A DNA stretch of 64,000 nucleotides. It comes from a bacterium. GTDB taxonomy: Bacteria > Patescibacteriota > Gracilibacteria > UBA1369 > GCA-2718715. The notes under the pieces are model-generated. The model saw only the letters and a program-made list of their open reading frames with translations. It made no database searches and had not been told where the DNA came from. Position 1 is the first letter of the stretch; every line of letters starts with the position of its first letter. Below are positions 26,265 through 37,056 of this stretch, one piece after another. The stretch covers positions 12,447-76,446 of the forward strand of contig PBFJ01000014.1 of assembly GCA_002718715.1 (NCBI GenBank), in the 5' to 3' direction. Position numbers and translations under genes: made by a program.

Positions 26265-27248
26265 ATGCTTTCTTTTATAAAAAAATTTTTAATCTCACTT
26301 GGACTAATTAGTACCCTACTTTTTACAAACCTAGCTTTTGCTGAAACTCCTGATTCAAGTAACCCTCAAGGTTTCTTAAAAGATAGATTAGACTTAATTT
26401 TCGAAAAGTATTCAGCAGAAACTGGATTACTTCCTGTGTCTGATACCTCGTCGAAATTTGTTCTTGAAGAAAGAGGTTACTTTAATATAACATCTGTAGT
26501 TTATGCAATTATTGGTCTTATGAAATATGTAGCTTATGCCATAATGTCTATTACTATTGTGATTTCGATTGTTAAATTAATAACCGCTGGAAGCGAAGGG
26601 GCTGAAGAAGTTTGGGGGAATATGAAAAAGTACTTACTGCAAATTTTAATTGCAGTGGGGGTTATATTAACCGCTGAGTTTATTTTTAATAAAGTAATAA
26701 TGCCATCAGCTGTAAGTTCGATCGCAGGAGCCAAAGAGGCTGCCGGGCAAATTGGTGGAGAACTAGCTGGAATTGTTGGAATCATTCAAGGTTTAATTGT
26801 GATATTCTCAATCTGTATGCTAATTTTTGCTGGGAGTAAAATGGTTGCAAATATGGGAGATGAAGAAGCTATGAGTAAAGCTAAAAATCAAATTTTCTGG
26901 GGAGCTGGTGGTCTACTTGTAGTAATGTTGGGTGGAACTTTAGTTAATGAAATAATTTTTGTAAATGCCGAGTCGGTAGACCCAATAGCTGGATCTAGAT
27001 TGATTGTAAATATTACTAATTTTATTTCAGGAATAATTGGAACTATAAGTTTAATGGCATTCTTTTATGCCGGCGGCCAATACATTGTGGGTGGATTTAC
27101 AGAAGTCAACCAGGACTCAATTAAAAATGCGATATTTGGTGGAATAATTGGACTTGTGATAGCTCTTGGAGCATTTGCGATTGTTAACACTGTAATTGAC
27201 TTAGATAATCCAAGTGTACAGGTTTTTGATCAACAGCCAGAGTTTTAG
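26265..27248 (+). CDS. Signal peptide plus three tandem VirB2/TrbC-like (CPR pilin) units
   Basis: For example AGSKMVANMGDEEAMSKAKNQIFWGAGGL; paralogous architecture to 25332-26255. Confidence 0.75.
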   Translation: MLSFIKKFLISLGLISTLLFTNLAFAETPDSSNPQGFLKDRLDLIFEKYSAETGLLPVSDTSSKFVLEERGYFNITSVVYAIIGLMKYVAYAIMSITIVISIVKLITAGSEGAEEVWGNMKKYLLQILIAVGVILTAEFIFNKVIMPSAVSSIAGAKEAAGQIGGELAGIVGIIQGLIVIFSICMLIFAGSKMVANMGDEEAMSKAKNQIFWGAGGLLVVMLGGTLVNEIIFVNAESVDPIAGSRLIVNITNFISGIIGTISLMAFFYAGGQYIVGGFTEVNQDSIKNAIFGGIIGLVIALGAFAIVNTVIDLDNPSVQVFDQQPEF

Positions 27249-27274
27249 TTTTTCAATCACAATATAATTTTTAT

Positions 27275-27302
27275 AACTAAGTTTTAGGACTTAGTTTTTT
27301 TT
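27275..27302 (+). terminator. Terminator after the pilin pair
   Basis: AACTAAGT-TTTAGG-ACTTAGTTTTTTTT. Confidence 0.65.
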
Positions 27303-27438
27303 ATTGAAAAAACTTTGTGCAAGATTTTTCAAAACCATGTATAATATACTTGTTAAAATTGTGCATTTCTGTGGTTTTTTGTTGTCAAAAAGCCCAAAAT
27401 TTGATACAATATAGGGAATAATAATTAATTAATTTTAA

Positions 27439-30400
27439 ATGGCGAAATTTAATAGAATTAAAAATTGTTTAAAAGCTGTATTTGTAGGCTTTTTTGCGAT
27501 TTTACTACTTGGAGCTTTAGGAGGCTCAAGTTATACAACTCATGCGGATTTTTGTTCGGATGTATCTTCTGAATTCGGAGGATTTTTGGAGTGTGATGAA
27601 AAATTTTCATCTTTTTCAAGTTTCCGAGGAGGAATCAAAGCTCCAACTGGAGATGGTCTTGATCCAAGTTTAACGCAAACTGACAGTGCTCAGGATTTTG
27701 TTTTAAATATTGCAAACTTTGCTCTTGGATTTTTAGGAACGATTGCAATTTTAGTAATTGTTTATTCTGGATTCTTATATGTGACTTCTGCGGTGGATGA
27801 CTCAAATATTGAATCTGCAAAAAACAATATAAAATACTCAATCTATGGAATCTTAGTAATCTTAGGTTCATACGCCATTGTGAACACAGTTATTCAAGCT
27901 CCAGGTGGAGACAGCTCTTCTCAACTAGCCAACCAATCAAACTTAGAACAATTAGATAGATTTAATTCAGTTGCTTTTGAATTAAAAGATATTGCAAGAG
28001 ACATGACGCAAGCCTATGAAATCTATCGCCAGGATACTACTAACCTTCGAAGTTTATTAGCTACCAAACCATCGGAGTTTAATACGAGAAAAAATACTAT
28101 TACACAACTGCAAAGAATGCGTAATGCATTTATTAACCTTGAAAAACAAAGAGGTGCACTTTCTAACACAGGATTTCTAGCAAGAGATGTAGTCGAATTT
28201 GGTATAGACCCTACAATTACTACCTTAAATGGTATTATTACTGCCGAAAGAGAAAGTGAATTGGAAAATCGATATAAAGATTCACCTGCGGCAAATTTAA
28301 TAGAAAACATCGCAGGAGGTGTAGCTAACTTTTTCGCAAATCTATTTGAAAAAGACGATGAAATGCTTTTTTATGTATGTTCATTAGAACCTGAAGATAG
28401 GCCTATAAGCTATAAAGTAGAAGACTGTGAAAATGCCTTTAGACCTCAAGCTCAAGGAATTGAATTAACTATTGATTTCAATCCAAATAGTAATATCGAC
28501 CCAGATGATGATAAATCAAAAACTCTTGGTGATTTGTATCCACTAACAAGTAAACTTGTAAAAGATTACAACGATATGAAAAACGATGATAACGATAACT
28601 CTGGAAATAAAATTCATGATTTTGTCTATTATAGAAATGCTATATTGATAGCTTACACTCTTGAAGCTGGTGTTAAAGAAGATTTTGATCTACAACTTTC
28701 AAATATTAAAACTAGAATGAAAGTGATAAAAGACTTGGTTTCTTCTTACCCAGAATTAAAAAATAATCTACAAGCTTTAATTGATGATCTTCCAGATGTA
28801 GTTGATGCCTCAAACAATGCAACTGCTGATTTTAAAGATGACGATGGAGCTGGATCTGATTGGCACGTATTTGATTTGAAAACAAGTGCAAAATCAACTC
28901 TTAGTTTTTCAGGTGAATCTACTCAAAAGAAAGTGGCAGGATTTATTCAATCCTTATCAGAAATTCATACTAAAATTGAAAATGCTAAATTCACTGTACC
29001 GGTGATTGATGTAAATGTAGTTGAAGGTTCAGCACCACTTGTTGTGACTTTTGATGCAAGTGGAAGTTATGATCCAAGTAATAGATCTGTGCTAACAGAT
29101 AGTCAAGATTCGGGAGTTAATGATAATGTAAATAGATTACTGTGGGACGTAAATGGAAATGGAAAATTTGAGTCTTCGGTAGGAGTTACTAGTAATACAG
29201 AGCCTTTCTCTGCTATTAATTCTGAGCAAATTAGCTGTAGTAATTATGAGTCTGAAAGCGTTTCTTTTACATGTACATTTAAACAACCTGGATCTTTTAG
29301 AGTAGGGTTAATGCTTAAATCCCTTTCGCAAACTTCAACAGTTGATGCTGCTCCGTGGGTAGAAGCAATGAGTGATCAACCAGTTACTGGTCCTATTCTA
29401 CTTGATGTGGAATCTGAGCTGAAAAATATTCTGACTGGGATTGCTTATCAAACAATTAGAGTAAAACCTCCGACTTCGAGGATTAACCTGCTTGGATACT
29501 CCTCTACAAATAGTGCTTTTAGTGGAGATATGTTAATGAACTCTCTAAATTCAATTGATACAATTGGTGACAAGGGTTTAAGATGGCATTCAGAGAGTGG
29601 AATTTTATTATATGACAATCCTGAAATTAAATTTACCTTAGCTGAAGCTAGCTCTGGGATTACTTTTGATGCTTCATTTTCTGAACCAAGCGAAAATTTA
29701 AATAGGTTTTCATGGAGATTTTCAGATAAAGCTGGTAACTTTTCTGGAACTACTGGTACACCAGAGAATTTACCTGATAATCTAATTAATGATTCAAATA
29801 CAGAGATTATTCAAGATAATCTTTTGGGGCCGAAAATCACGCGGAATTTTGACAAGAGAGGTCGAGTGCAAGTGCAACTTGAAGTGGAAGATAATAATGG
29901 AAACTTAGATAGAAAAATGTTTGATGTTGTGGTTGGAAGCTTGGTTGCAAGATTAAGAACCAATAAAACTTCTGGATTTATTGGTGAAGAGTTTACATTA
30001 AGTGCAGAAGACTCAAGATCAGACTTTGGATCAATTACTTATAAATGGACAGTAGATGGTGAAGAAAATGCCTTGGATTGTAATGCTGATAACGATGATT
30101 TTGTATGTTCTTTCAATGAAGATGGAGATGTTTTAAGATTTAGAGCTTTGCAACCTAAAGATTTTAATATTTCGGTAGAAGTTTCTTCGGAAAGTGCTGA
30201 GGGTGTATCTGAATCGGCTTCGGTGAATTTGGATGTGAATCCAAGACCGCTTGAACCGCTAATTGTGATTGATCAAAATAGTCTGTTTGATCCGGCTAAA
30301 TTTACTTTAAATGCAAGTTTAACTTCTGATCCAGATGAGCAAATTGATAATTTTAATCCAGCTGCAAGCTATACCACTGAATATGAATGGAAAGTTTTAA

Positions 30401-33400
30401 ATGGAGTTGAAAATACTGATTATCAAGAATTAATTCCTGATAATCAAGAAGAAACAGAAATAACTTTCTTAAAACCGGGAACTTACCGAATTGGTTTGAA
30501 GGCTAGTAAAGTTTCTACTGATGAACCTAATGAGGTTTTAGTGAGTAGTACTGCGGAAAGCTCGTTGCTGGTAAGTGGTGTTATGAACTTAGTATTAGAT
30601 AATCCTGGAGCTGGAACGCTTGAAGCCAATGTAGAAACTGGATTACTTGAAAGTGGTGAAGTAGTTGTGACTGTGACTTCAAGAACTGCGAATCGAGTTA
30701 CTTTGGACTTTGGAGATGGAACTCGTGAATCATTAAAAAGACCTGCAGGTATAGCTTCAGGTCAGGATCATAGATTTGAGTTTACACATACTTATGCCTT
30801 AGCTGGTTCATATAAAATTGGGGTTTTTGCAGAAAGTGAAACTGAATCAAAAGCTTTAAGTAGTACGATTATTATTGGTGGTGGAGATACTCCTACTGCG
30901 GTAATTGCGGCTACTGTGGGTGGAAACACTTTCTTAAGTGGAGCTAATGATCTGCCTGATGTATTTAGAAAAACTAGAATTGAGTTTGATGCTTCGAAAT
31001 CTTTGAACTTAGATGGGACAAATAAAGGTCTTAAATATTCATGGGATTTAGGAGATGGTACTACTAGAACTCAAAAGAAATTTATTTATAACTATAAAGA
31101 TTATCCGCCTCTTGGGGAACCTGGATTTGATGTTACTTTAACTATTACGGATGCCAAAGATCCGGAAGTTACAAATACTGCAAATTTATTTGTACCACTT
31201 GGTAAAGCGAAACCTTCGATTGAAAATATCTCAGCTGAAAGTATTAATGGTCCAGTTACACCTTTTGATGTAAGAGTTAAAGCTGTGGGTCCTTATGATG
31301 CTGATGGTAGAATCGAAACATTTAGATACTACTACTTCCCTCTTGATGATCCAGATGAACAATTAGGAGTGAGAGTTTCTAAATCAGCAACTGAAGTACT
31401 TAGAATAGGAACTAGGGGTGATGAAGGCGAAGAAGTTGACTATGGAATTTGTATTGATGTGATTGATAACGAAGGAATTGAAAGAAAATGTGAAGTTATG
31501 TTCTTAGAAGGAACTCCGGCTGTGATTACAGCAATAAATGGAGAAAATAAATTACCTTCTTCTAAATTTAGAGCTGATAAAACTTCGGTGAAAATTGGAG
31601 AAAGCGTGACTTTCTTTGACCAATCTTTCGATCCAGATGGAACAGTAGTTGAAAGAAAATATGATATTTTAGGTGATGGAAGTTTTGCGAACGATGAAGT
31701 TTTTATTTCTAGAGCTTCTGTAATTAATTACGATACTATTTCTCCTAGAAAAGGATTTAGAGTTGTGCAACAAGTTGTGGATGACAAAGGTGGAGTTGCA
31801 GTTAGTAATCCTATCTTTATATATGTAGAATCAAATTTTGAACCACCTGAAGCTGCCTTTGTGGTTGAAGTAGATGGAATGGATATTTCTATCCAAAATA
31901 ATTCTCAAGCGGACGTAAATGCAAATATTGCGAGTTATGGATGGGATTTTGATATTAAAACAGATTCAGATGGAAATGATGTTGCAGATGACGACTTGGA
32001 CTCTACTGAAAACGAACCAAACTTTACTTATACAAGAAGTGGTCAAAAAACTATTAAACTAACTGTTACTGATAATGAAGGAAATGTGGATACAGCTACT
32101 GAAACTATTGAAATTGGTGGAAAATTAGCCCTTCCAAGAGCAGCCTTTAATTTCTCGAGAGATAAATTAAAAGTTGTTACAAAAAACAATTCTGAAGCGG
32201 ACTTTATTAACGGTGGTGAAATTGTTTCATATGAATGGGATTTTGATATTGCTACGGATTCCAAAGGTGGAAAAGATCCGGCAAACAATGTTGATTCAAC
32301 TAGTAAAAATCCAGTTATAAATTACGATAAGCCAGGAACTTATACAGTTGCATTAACTGTGGAAGATAACGAAGGTAACCGTGATAGAATTGAAAAAGCA
32401 ATCGCGGTTCAAGAAGAAAAAACTGCTAAACCCCAAGCTGCCTTTACCTATGAAGTTTTAGAGGATAAAACTGTGAAATTCACCAGCAATGCAAAAGTTG
32501 CTGAAGGATCTAATTTAACAATTCGAGAAATTTATTGGGATTTTAATATAAATCCAAATGATCCAAATGCGGATGCAGATGGAAATGGATTTGCAGACGA
32601 TGATCAAGAAGAAGTTGGAAACAACTCTCCTTCTTTCACTTACGATAGTTATGGAGTAAAAAGAGTTTCATTAACTGTTACTGATTCGGCTTTAAGTACA
32701 GATACTGTTGAAAGAATAATTGAGATTCCTTTTCCTCAGGCTGCAACTCCCACTCAACAAGCTATAAATGATTTAAGTAATAGTGGACAAGCTCCTCAAA
32801 ATGCAACAAATGTTCCAACTAATCAGCAAATATTTCCTGGAAATATTAATCCTAATGCAAGCGGACTTTCTGCTGACAATAATAGAATTTTTCAAAAAAC
32901 TCCTGAACAAATTGCAATCGAAAGAGAACTTGGAATTGGACAAGATTCACAAGATGACTCTAGTACAGTTCAAGATAGTTTAGATTCATCGCAAAGCTTA
33001 ACGGATTTTAATCCAAATAAATTTATTATTACTGAGCCTGCCTACAATGAGTTTACAGATAAATTAACTTCAACTGAAAACTCTCAAGTTGTGACTTTTA
33101 AATTTGATCATCTTCCAAGTGAAATTATTGAAATTCAAGTTGATTCTAATGTTTATGTAGATACTAGTAACGATGGGATTTTTAACAACGATGTGGATTT
33201 TAGAACTATAAGTAAACAAGATTTCACAACAACTTATACATCTACATCAAGCGATATTAGAGCCAGAGTTACTTTAATTGATAACACTGGAGTCAAATAC
33301 TATGATTCGATTGATATTGAATTTAAAGGGTTGGATTTCTCTGCATCTTTAAACTTAGATGGAGATAAAACTATGCAAACTGCTTCAGTTGCTGTTTTTC

Positions 33401-33447
33401 TAACAGGAGCTTCAGCATTATTAGTTCGTTTGATAAGACTTTTTTAG
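27439..33447 (+). CDS. 2002-aa surface protein: N-terminal pilin-like unit, helical region, many PKD domains, C-terminal TM
   Basis: YSGFLYVTSAVDDSNIESAKNNIKYSIYG pilin unit; FDASGSYDP, WDLGDG, YEWDFD...LTVTDNEG PKD motifs. Confidence 0.85.
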   Translation: MAKFNRIKNCLKAVFVGFFAILLLGALGGSSYTTHADFCSDVSSEFGGFLECDEKFSSFSSFRGGIKAPTGDGLDPSLTQTDSAQDFVLNIANFALGFLGTIAILVIVYSGFLYVTSAVDDSNIESAKNNIKYSIYGILVILGSYAIVNTVIQAPGGDSSSQLANQSNLEQLDRFNSVAFELKDIARDMTQAYEIYRQDTTNLRSLLATKPSEFNTRKNTITQLQRMRNAFINLEKQRGALSNTGFLARDVVEFGIDPTITTLNGIITAERESELENRYKDSPAANLIENIAGGVANFFANLFEKDDEMLFYVCSLEPEDRPISYKVEDCENAFRPQAQGIELTIDFNPNSNIDPDDDKSKTLGDLYPLTSKLVKDYNDMKNDDNDNSGNKIHDFVYYRNAILIAYTLEAGVKEDFDLQLSNIKTRMKVIKDLVSSYPELKNNLQALIDDLPDVVDASNNATADFKDDDGAGSDWHVFDLKTSAKSTLSFSGESTQKKVAGFIQSLSEIHTKIENAKFTVPVIDVNVVEGSAPLVVTFDASGSYDPSNRSVLTDSQDSGVNDNVNRLLWDVNGNGKFESSVGVTSNTEPFSAINSEQISCSNYESESVSFTCTFKQPGSFRVGLMLKSLSQTSTVDAAPWVEAMSDQPVTGPILLDVESELKNILTGIAYQTIRVKPPTSRINLLGYSSTNSAFSGDMLMNSLNSIDTIGDKGLRWHSESGILLYDNPEIKFTLAEASSGITFDASFSEPSENLNRFSWRFSDKAGNFSGTTGTPENLPDNLINDSNTEIIQDNLLGPKITRNFDKRGRVQVQLEVEDNNGNLDRKMFDVVVGSLVARLRTNKTSGFIGEEFTLSAEDSRSDFGSITYKWTVDGEENALDCNADNDDFVCSFNEDGDVLRFRALQPKDFNISVEVSSESAEGVSESASVNLDVNPRPLEPLIVIDQNSLFDPAKFTLNASLTSDPDEQIDNFNPAASYTTEYEWKVLNGVENTDYQELIPDNQEETEITFLKPGTYRIGLKASKVSTDEPNEVLVSSTAESSLLVSGVMNLVLDNPGAGTLEANVETGLLESGEVVVTVTSRTANRVTLDFGDGTRESLKRPAGIASGQDHRFEFTHTYALAGSYKIGVFAESETESKALSSTIIIGGGDTPTAVIAATVGGNTFLSGANDLPDVFRKTRIEFDASKSLNLDGTNKGLKYSWDLGDGTTRTQKKFIYNYKDYPPLGEPGFDVTLTITDAKDPEVTNTANLFVPLGKAKPSIENISAESINGPVTPFDVRVKAVGPYDADGRIETFRYYYFPLDDPDEQLGVRVSKSATEVLRIGTRGDEGEEVDYGICIDVIDNEGIERKCEVMFLEGTPAVITAINGENKLPSSKFRADKTSVKIGESVTFFDQSFDPDGTVVERKYDILGDGSFANDEVFISRASVINYDTISPRKGFRVVQQVVDDKGGVAVSNPIFIYVESNFEPPEAAFVVEVDGMDISIQNNSQADVNANIASYGWDFDIKTDSDGNDVADDDLDSTENEPNFTYTRSGQKTIKLTVTDNEGNVDTATETIEIGGKLALPRAAFNFSRDKLKVVTKNNSEADFINGGEIVSYEWDFDIATDSKGGKDPANNVDSTSKNPVINYDKPGTYTVALTVEDNEGNRDRIEKAIAVQEEKTAKPQAAFTYEVLEDKTVKFTSNAKVAEGSNLTIREIYWDFNINPNDPNADADGNGFADDDQEEVGNNSPSFTYDSYGVKRVSLTVTDSALSTDTVERIIEIPFPQAATPTQQAINDLSNSGQAPQNATNVPTNQQIFPGNINPNASGLSADNNRIFQKTPEQIAIERELGIGQDSQDDSSTVQDSLDSSQSLTDFNPNKFIITEPAYNEFTDKLTSTENSQVVTFKFDHLPSEIIEIQVDSNVYVDTSNDGIFNNDVDFRTISKQDFTTTYTSTSSDIRARVTLIDNTGVKYYDSIDIEFKGLDFSASLNLDGDKTMQTASVAVFLTGASALLVRLIRLF

Positions 33448-33499
33448 TTTTTAATCAAAGTTTATTTTGCTATAATTTGTTTGTAATAATTTTTACTTT

Positions 33500-35641
33500 A
33501 TGAATGAGAACGAAAACTTTAATGAATTTAACGATAGTAACGAAATCCATAATGATTTTGAAGACTTTGATGAAATCTTAATTGATAACGATTTTAAGAA
33601 TGATGCTGAGCCATCAAAAGATAAAAAAAAGAAAAAATCTGCCAATAAAGGCCTGACTCTAATGATGATTTCTATCGCTGGAGTTTTGGTTTTATCTTTT
33701 GTATTAACTGGACTTCTATTTGGATTATCCTCTGGAGAAGATAATGCAATTTTAGCTTCAATTGGAATCTCAGCTTTGAATGCTGTTAACTTTTTAAAAC
33801 TAAGTCTTACTTTAGTATTCGGACTTTCAAGTTTGGTGGGTCTTTTGTTTTTCTTAATTAATTTATTTTCATATACACAAATTGATTTTTTGGAAGTAGA
33901 AGAAAGAAAACTCAAATTTAAAAATGTAATTTTTGGTGGAGTGACCTTTTTTGTATCGGTTGTACTAGCATTATTAATCGCTGTATTTTGGAATACAGGT
34001 CCTAAAGAAGAAGTTAAAATTGAATATATTGGAACTAATTTAGAATCGACTTTAAACTTAACTGCTCCAATTGAAATTGAATTTTCTGCTAAAAATTTAC
34101 CTATAGATACATCCAAAGCTCAAATTGTATCATATAATTGGAACTTTGGTGATGGTGACTCTGGAACTGGACAAACTATTTTTAAGACTTATAAAGATAA
34201 ACCAGCAACTGGAGTTTATGAAGTTAAACTTGGAGTGAGTTATTTTGAGGTAGCTGATAAATCTCAAGAAATTAAAACTCTGGAATTTACAAGATTAGTT
34301 GGAATCGACAATGTAGAGGTTACTGCAGACTTTGAAATGCAACCTAAAACAGGATTTGCTCCTTTATTAGTAGAATTTGATGCTTCAAGTTCTGTGGATC
34401 CAGATGGTTCAATTATTTTATATGAATGGGATTTTAATGGAGACTCAGTAGTTGATAGCGAAGGAGTTAAAGGTGAGTTTACTTATGAAAACGTAGGTTT
34501 ATTTAAACCAACTTTGATTGTAACTGATAACAATGGAAGAAGTTCAAAAGTATCTAAAGATTTAATTGTTAAGACGGATGAAGTTTTTACACCAAGAATT
34601 AAAGTTAGTCCTAGTGATGATGTTTTGACTCCGAATAGAAGTTATCAATTTGATGCCTCTGATTCATTAAGCCTAGAAGGTGAAATTACAAATTACAAAT
34701 GGAACTTTGGTGATGGAAAAGAAAGAGTTGGAAGAAAAGTTTCTTACAGCTTTGAAAACGAAGGTATTTATGAAATAACTTTAGAACTTTTAGATGATGC
34801 AGGAAACAAGACTCAATACTTTGAAAACTTTACTGTGTCTTCCTCCCCTTCTGGATTATTTCCAAAGATTACTTCAATCCCTGAAATTGTAGATGGAAAA
34901 ATTGAAGGTCAAATTCCTTTTAAAATACAACTTGATGCTGGAGCTTCATCGGGAGCTAAAATTGTTGAGTATTCTTGGGATTTTGAAAACGATTCAGTTT
35001 TGGATGCTTCTGGTCAATTAGTTGAGCATGTTTATACTGTTCCAGGTAAATATGATTTGAAACTTACTATAACTTCAGCAGCTGGAAAAACAGCAAGTAA
35101 AATTGTAGAAGTTGAAGTATTTGATTCAGATTTAAGACCTGAAGTAAGTGCTAACCCTAGCCTTGGAAATGTACCTTTAGAAGTAACTTTTGATGCATCT
35201 GCAACTAAAGCACCTGTAGGAGCTAATATTGTACAGTTTAGATGGAATTTTGATGATGGAACTCCAGTTTTAAGAGCTGGTTCGACTGTAACTCACCTCT
35301 TTACAAGAACTGGAGAATTTAATGTTGAAGTTACAGCTGTAACTGATGAGAATGAAATAGCTTCGACTAACATTTTAGTATTTGTAAATGAAATCCCTTT
35401 GAAAGCTTGTTATAAATCTTCAAGAATTGAAGGTCCTGCGCCTTTGACTGTATTATTTAATCCTAATTGTACTACTGGAAATGTAGCTAGATTTGAATGG
35501 GATTTTGCAGGTCTGGGAGACTCTGAAGATAGAAAGCCAAGCTTTACATTTGAAGAAGCTGGAGAATTTGAAGTAATTTTAAAAGCTTTTGATCCAGATA
35601 ATAACCTTTCAACTTTCAAAGAAACTATTAAAGTAAAATAA
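33500..35641 (+). CDS. Multi-TM protein with about 6 tandem PKD domains
   Basis: N-terminal TM segments; repeated APL.V.FDAS.S and Y.WNFGDG motifs. Confidence 0.88.
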   Translation: MNENENFNEFNDSNEIHNDFEDFDEILIDNDFKNDAEPSKDKKKKKSANKGLTLMMISIAGVLVLSFVLTGLLFGLSSGEDNAILASIGISALNAVNFLKLSLTLVFGLSSLVGLLFFLINLFSYTQIDFLEVEERKLKFKNVIFGGVTFFVSVVLALLIAVFWNTGPKEEVKIEYIGTNLESTLNLTAPIEIEFSAKNLPIDTSKAQIVSYNWNFGDGDSGTGQTIFKTYKDKPATGVYEVKLGVSYFEVADKSQEIKTLEFTRLVGIDNVEVTADFEMQPKTGFAPLLVEFDASSSVDPDGSIILYEWDFNGDSVVDSEGVKGEFTYENVGLFKPTLIVTDNNGRSSKVSKDLIVKTDEVFTPRIKVSPSDDVLTPNRSYQFDASDSLSLEGEITNYKWNFGDGKERVGRKVSYSFENEGIYEITLELLDDAGNKTQYFENFTVSSSPSGLFPKITSIPEIVDGKIEGQIPFKIQLDAGASSGAKIVEYSWDFENDSVLDASGQLVEHVYTVPGKYDLKLTITSAAGKTASKIVEVEVFDSDLRPEVSANPSLGNVPLEVTFDASATKAPVGANIVQFRWNFDDGTPVLRAGSTVTHLFTRTGEFNVEVTAVTDENEIASTNILVFVNEIPLKACYKSSRIEGPAPLTVLFNPNCTTGNVARFEWDFAGLGDSEDRKPSFTFEEAGEFEVILKAFDPDNNLSTFKETIKVK

Positions 35642-35651
35642 CCCTAAAAAA

Positions 35652-35735
35652 ATGATGAAACAAGTAATGTCAATTTTAGTAATTGTTGGTCTTCTAAGCA
35701 TGATGATTCTACCTGCTTTTTTATTTGCTACTTAG
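35652..35735 (+). CDS. 27-aa single-TM peptide
   Basis: MMKQVMSILVIVGLLSMMILPAFLFAT; 10 bp after the PKD gene stop. Confidence 0.45.
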   Translation: MMKQVMSILVIVGLLSMMILPAFLFAT

Positions 35736-35815
35736 GTTATACAATATTTACTAATTCACACAATTTTAAGACTTAGTAAAGTTAGTTATAATTTAAATGT
35801 TAATAATTTTCTACT

Positions 35816-36682
35816 GTGCCAACTAATTTAATGGACAACTCGAATTTAGACTCAAATGATCAATCTTCGAACTCTACAAACCCTATAACTTCAAGTAAAG
35901 TTTCTGAAATAAAACTATCTGATCCTAAAAGTTCAGATATGGGTTTTGTGGATGACTTTAAACTTTTCCTAGCAGAAAACTCTAATTTAGTAATTGGAGT
36001 TAGCGTTGGTACATTAATTTTAGTTTTTGGAGTATTGTTTGCACTAAGTTCAAATCAATCAATCGAAAACCAAAATACACTTTCAGAAATTGCATCAAGT
36101 GCTACTGGGGCCTTGATTGTAGATGAACCATCAAGTTCTGCCAGTGATAAACCTCCAACTTTAGTTGCAAAAACTGATACCAACTCAGGAACTTCAAATA
36201 CAAATTCTAGTAAAGACTCCTCTACTTCTTCGAATAAAAAACCGATTACATTGCCGCCTTTGAGTATCAATGAATTGCAAGATAGTCAAAATAGTAATAA
36301 TACTTTGAACGTAAATGATATTAGTTCAGGAAATTTATCTAACCAAGCTCTAAGCAATCAAAATCCAAATGGACAAAGTCCGTTTGCTGGAGGCTCTTCA
36401 TTTTTAGGAGCTAATACTCAGGCTGCTAATCAAGTTGGATCTCCGGCTGGAGGAATTCAAAATTTATCTGCAAATATTCCTGCGGCTTCTGCTAATACAG
36501 CTAATAGTTTGGGAGCTAATCCAAATATGAATCGAACTGGTGGATTTTTATCGAATACACAATCTCAGGTTTTACAATCTAGAAATGTTCAAGGAAACAC
36601 AGGTCCTGCTGTTTACTATACTTTAGCGTTTAGCTTTTTAGCTTCCTTTTTGTATAGACTAAGAAAAAAGAAGACTGATTAG
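35816..36682 (+). CDS. Low-complexity S/N-rich membrane protein with a C-terminal TGP-TM-basic tail (sorting-signal-like)
   Basis: N-terminal TM; C-terminus GNTGPAVYYTLAFSFLASFLYRLRKKKTD; start GTG 35816 or ATG 35831. Confidence 0.7.
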   Translation: MPTNLMDNSNLDSNDQSSNSTNPITSSKVSEIKLSDPKSSDMGFVDDFKLFLAENSNLVIGVSVGTLILVFGVLFALSSNQSIENQNTLSEIASSATGALIVDEPSSSASDKPPTLVAKTDTNSGTSNTNSSKDSSTSSNKKPITLPPLSINELQDSQNSNNTLNVNDISSGNLSNQALSNQNPNGQSPFAGGSSFLGANTQAANQVGSPAGGIQNLSANIPAASANTANSLGANPNMNRTGGFLSNTQSQVLQSRNVQGNTGPAVYYTLAFSFLASFLYRLRKKKTD

Positions 36683-36936
36683 TCCTCTTTTTTGCTAGAT
36701 TTTTTAGCTTCTTTAACTTCTTCTTTAAGTTCTTTTTTTAGATCATCGAATTCTTCTTTGAGTTCTTTTCTTAAATCTTTAAAGAAACTTTTGGCTTTAT
36801 CAATCCATTTTTCTTTCTTGATTTTCGACTTTATGTTTTTTCTGATGTTTTCACCTTTATCTGGAGAAAATAAAACGCCTACAGTTGCACCTGTGATAAC
36901 TCCGAGAATCAGGGAAATTATTCCTTTTTTCTTCAT
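36679..36936 (-). CDS. YtxH-domain protein
   Basis: LILGVITGATVGVLFSPDKGENIRK; start at ATG 36936. Confidence 0.88.
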   Translation of the reverse strand: MKKKGIISLILGVITGATVGVLFSPDKGENIRKNIKSKIKKEKWIDKAKSFFKDLRKELKEEFDDLKKELKEEVKEAKKSSKKED

Positions 36937-37056
36937 ATTAATTGTGTTATTTATTACATTATACAGCAGAATTAATTTAATAAAAACATATTTTTTAAAT
37001 TGAATTGACTTTTGCTTTGAATATATGTAGTCTTTTGTTACTAATAATGAAAATAT

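Noticed and set aside
25332..36682. Conjugative element or prophage
   Set aside because: No relaxase, VirB4, coupling protein, integrase or phage genes; the locus sits between core genes secE and rpsT with similar base composition.
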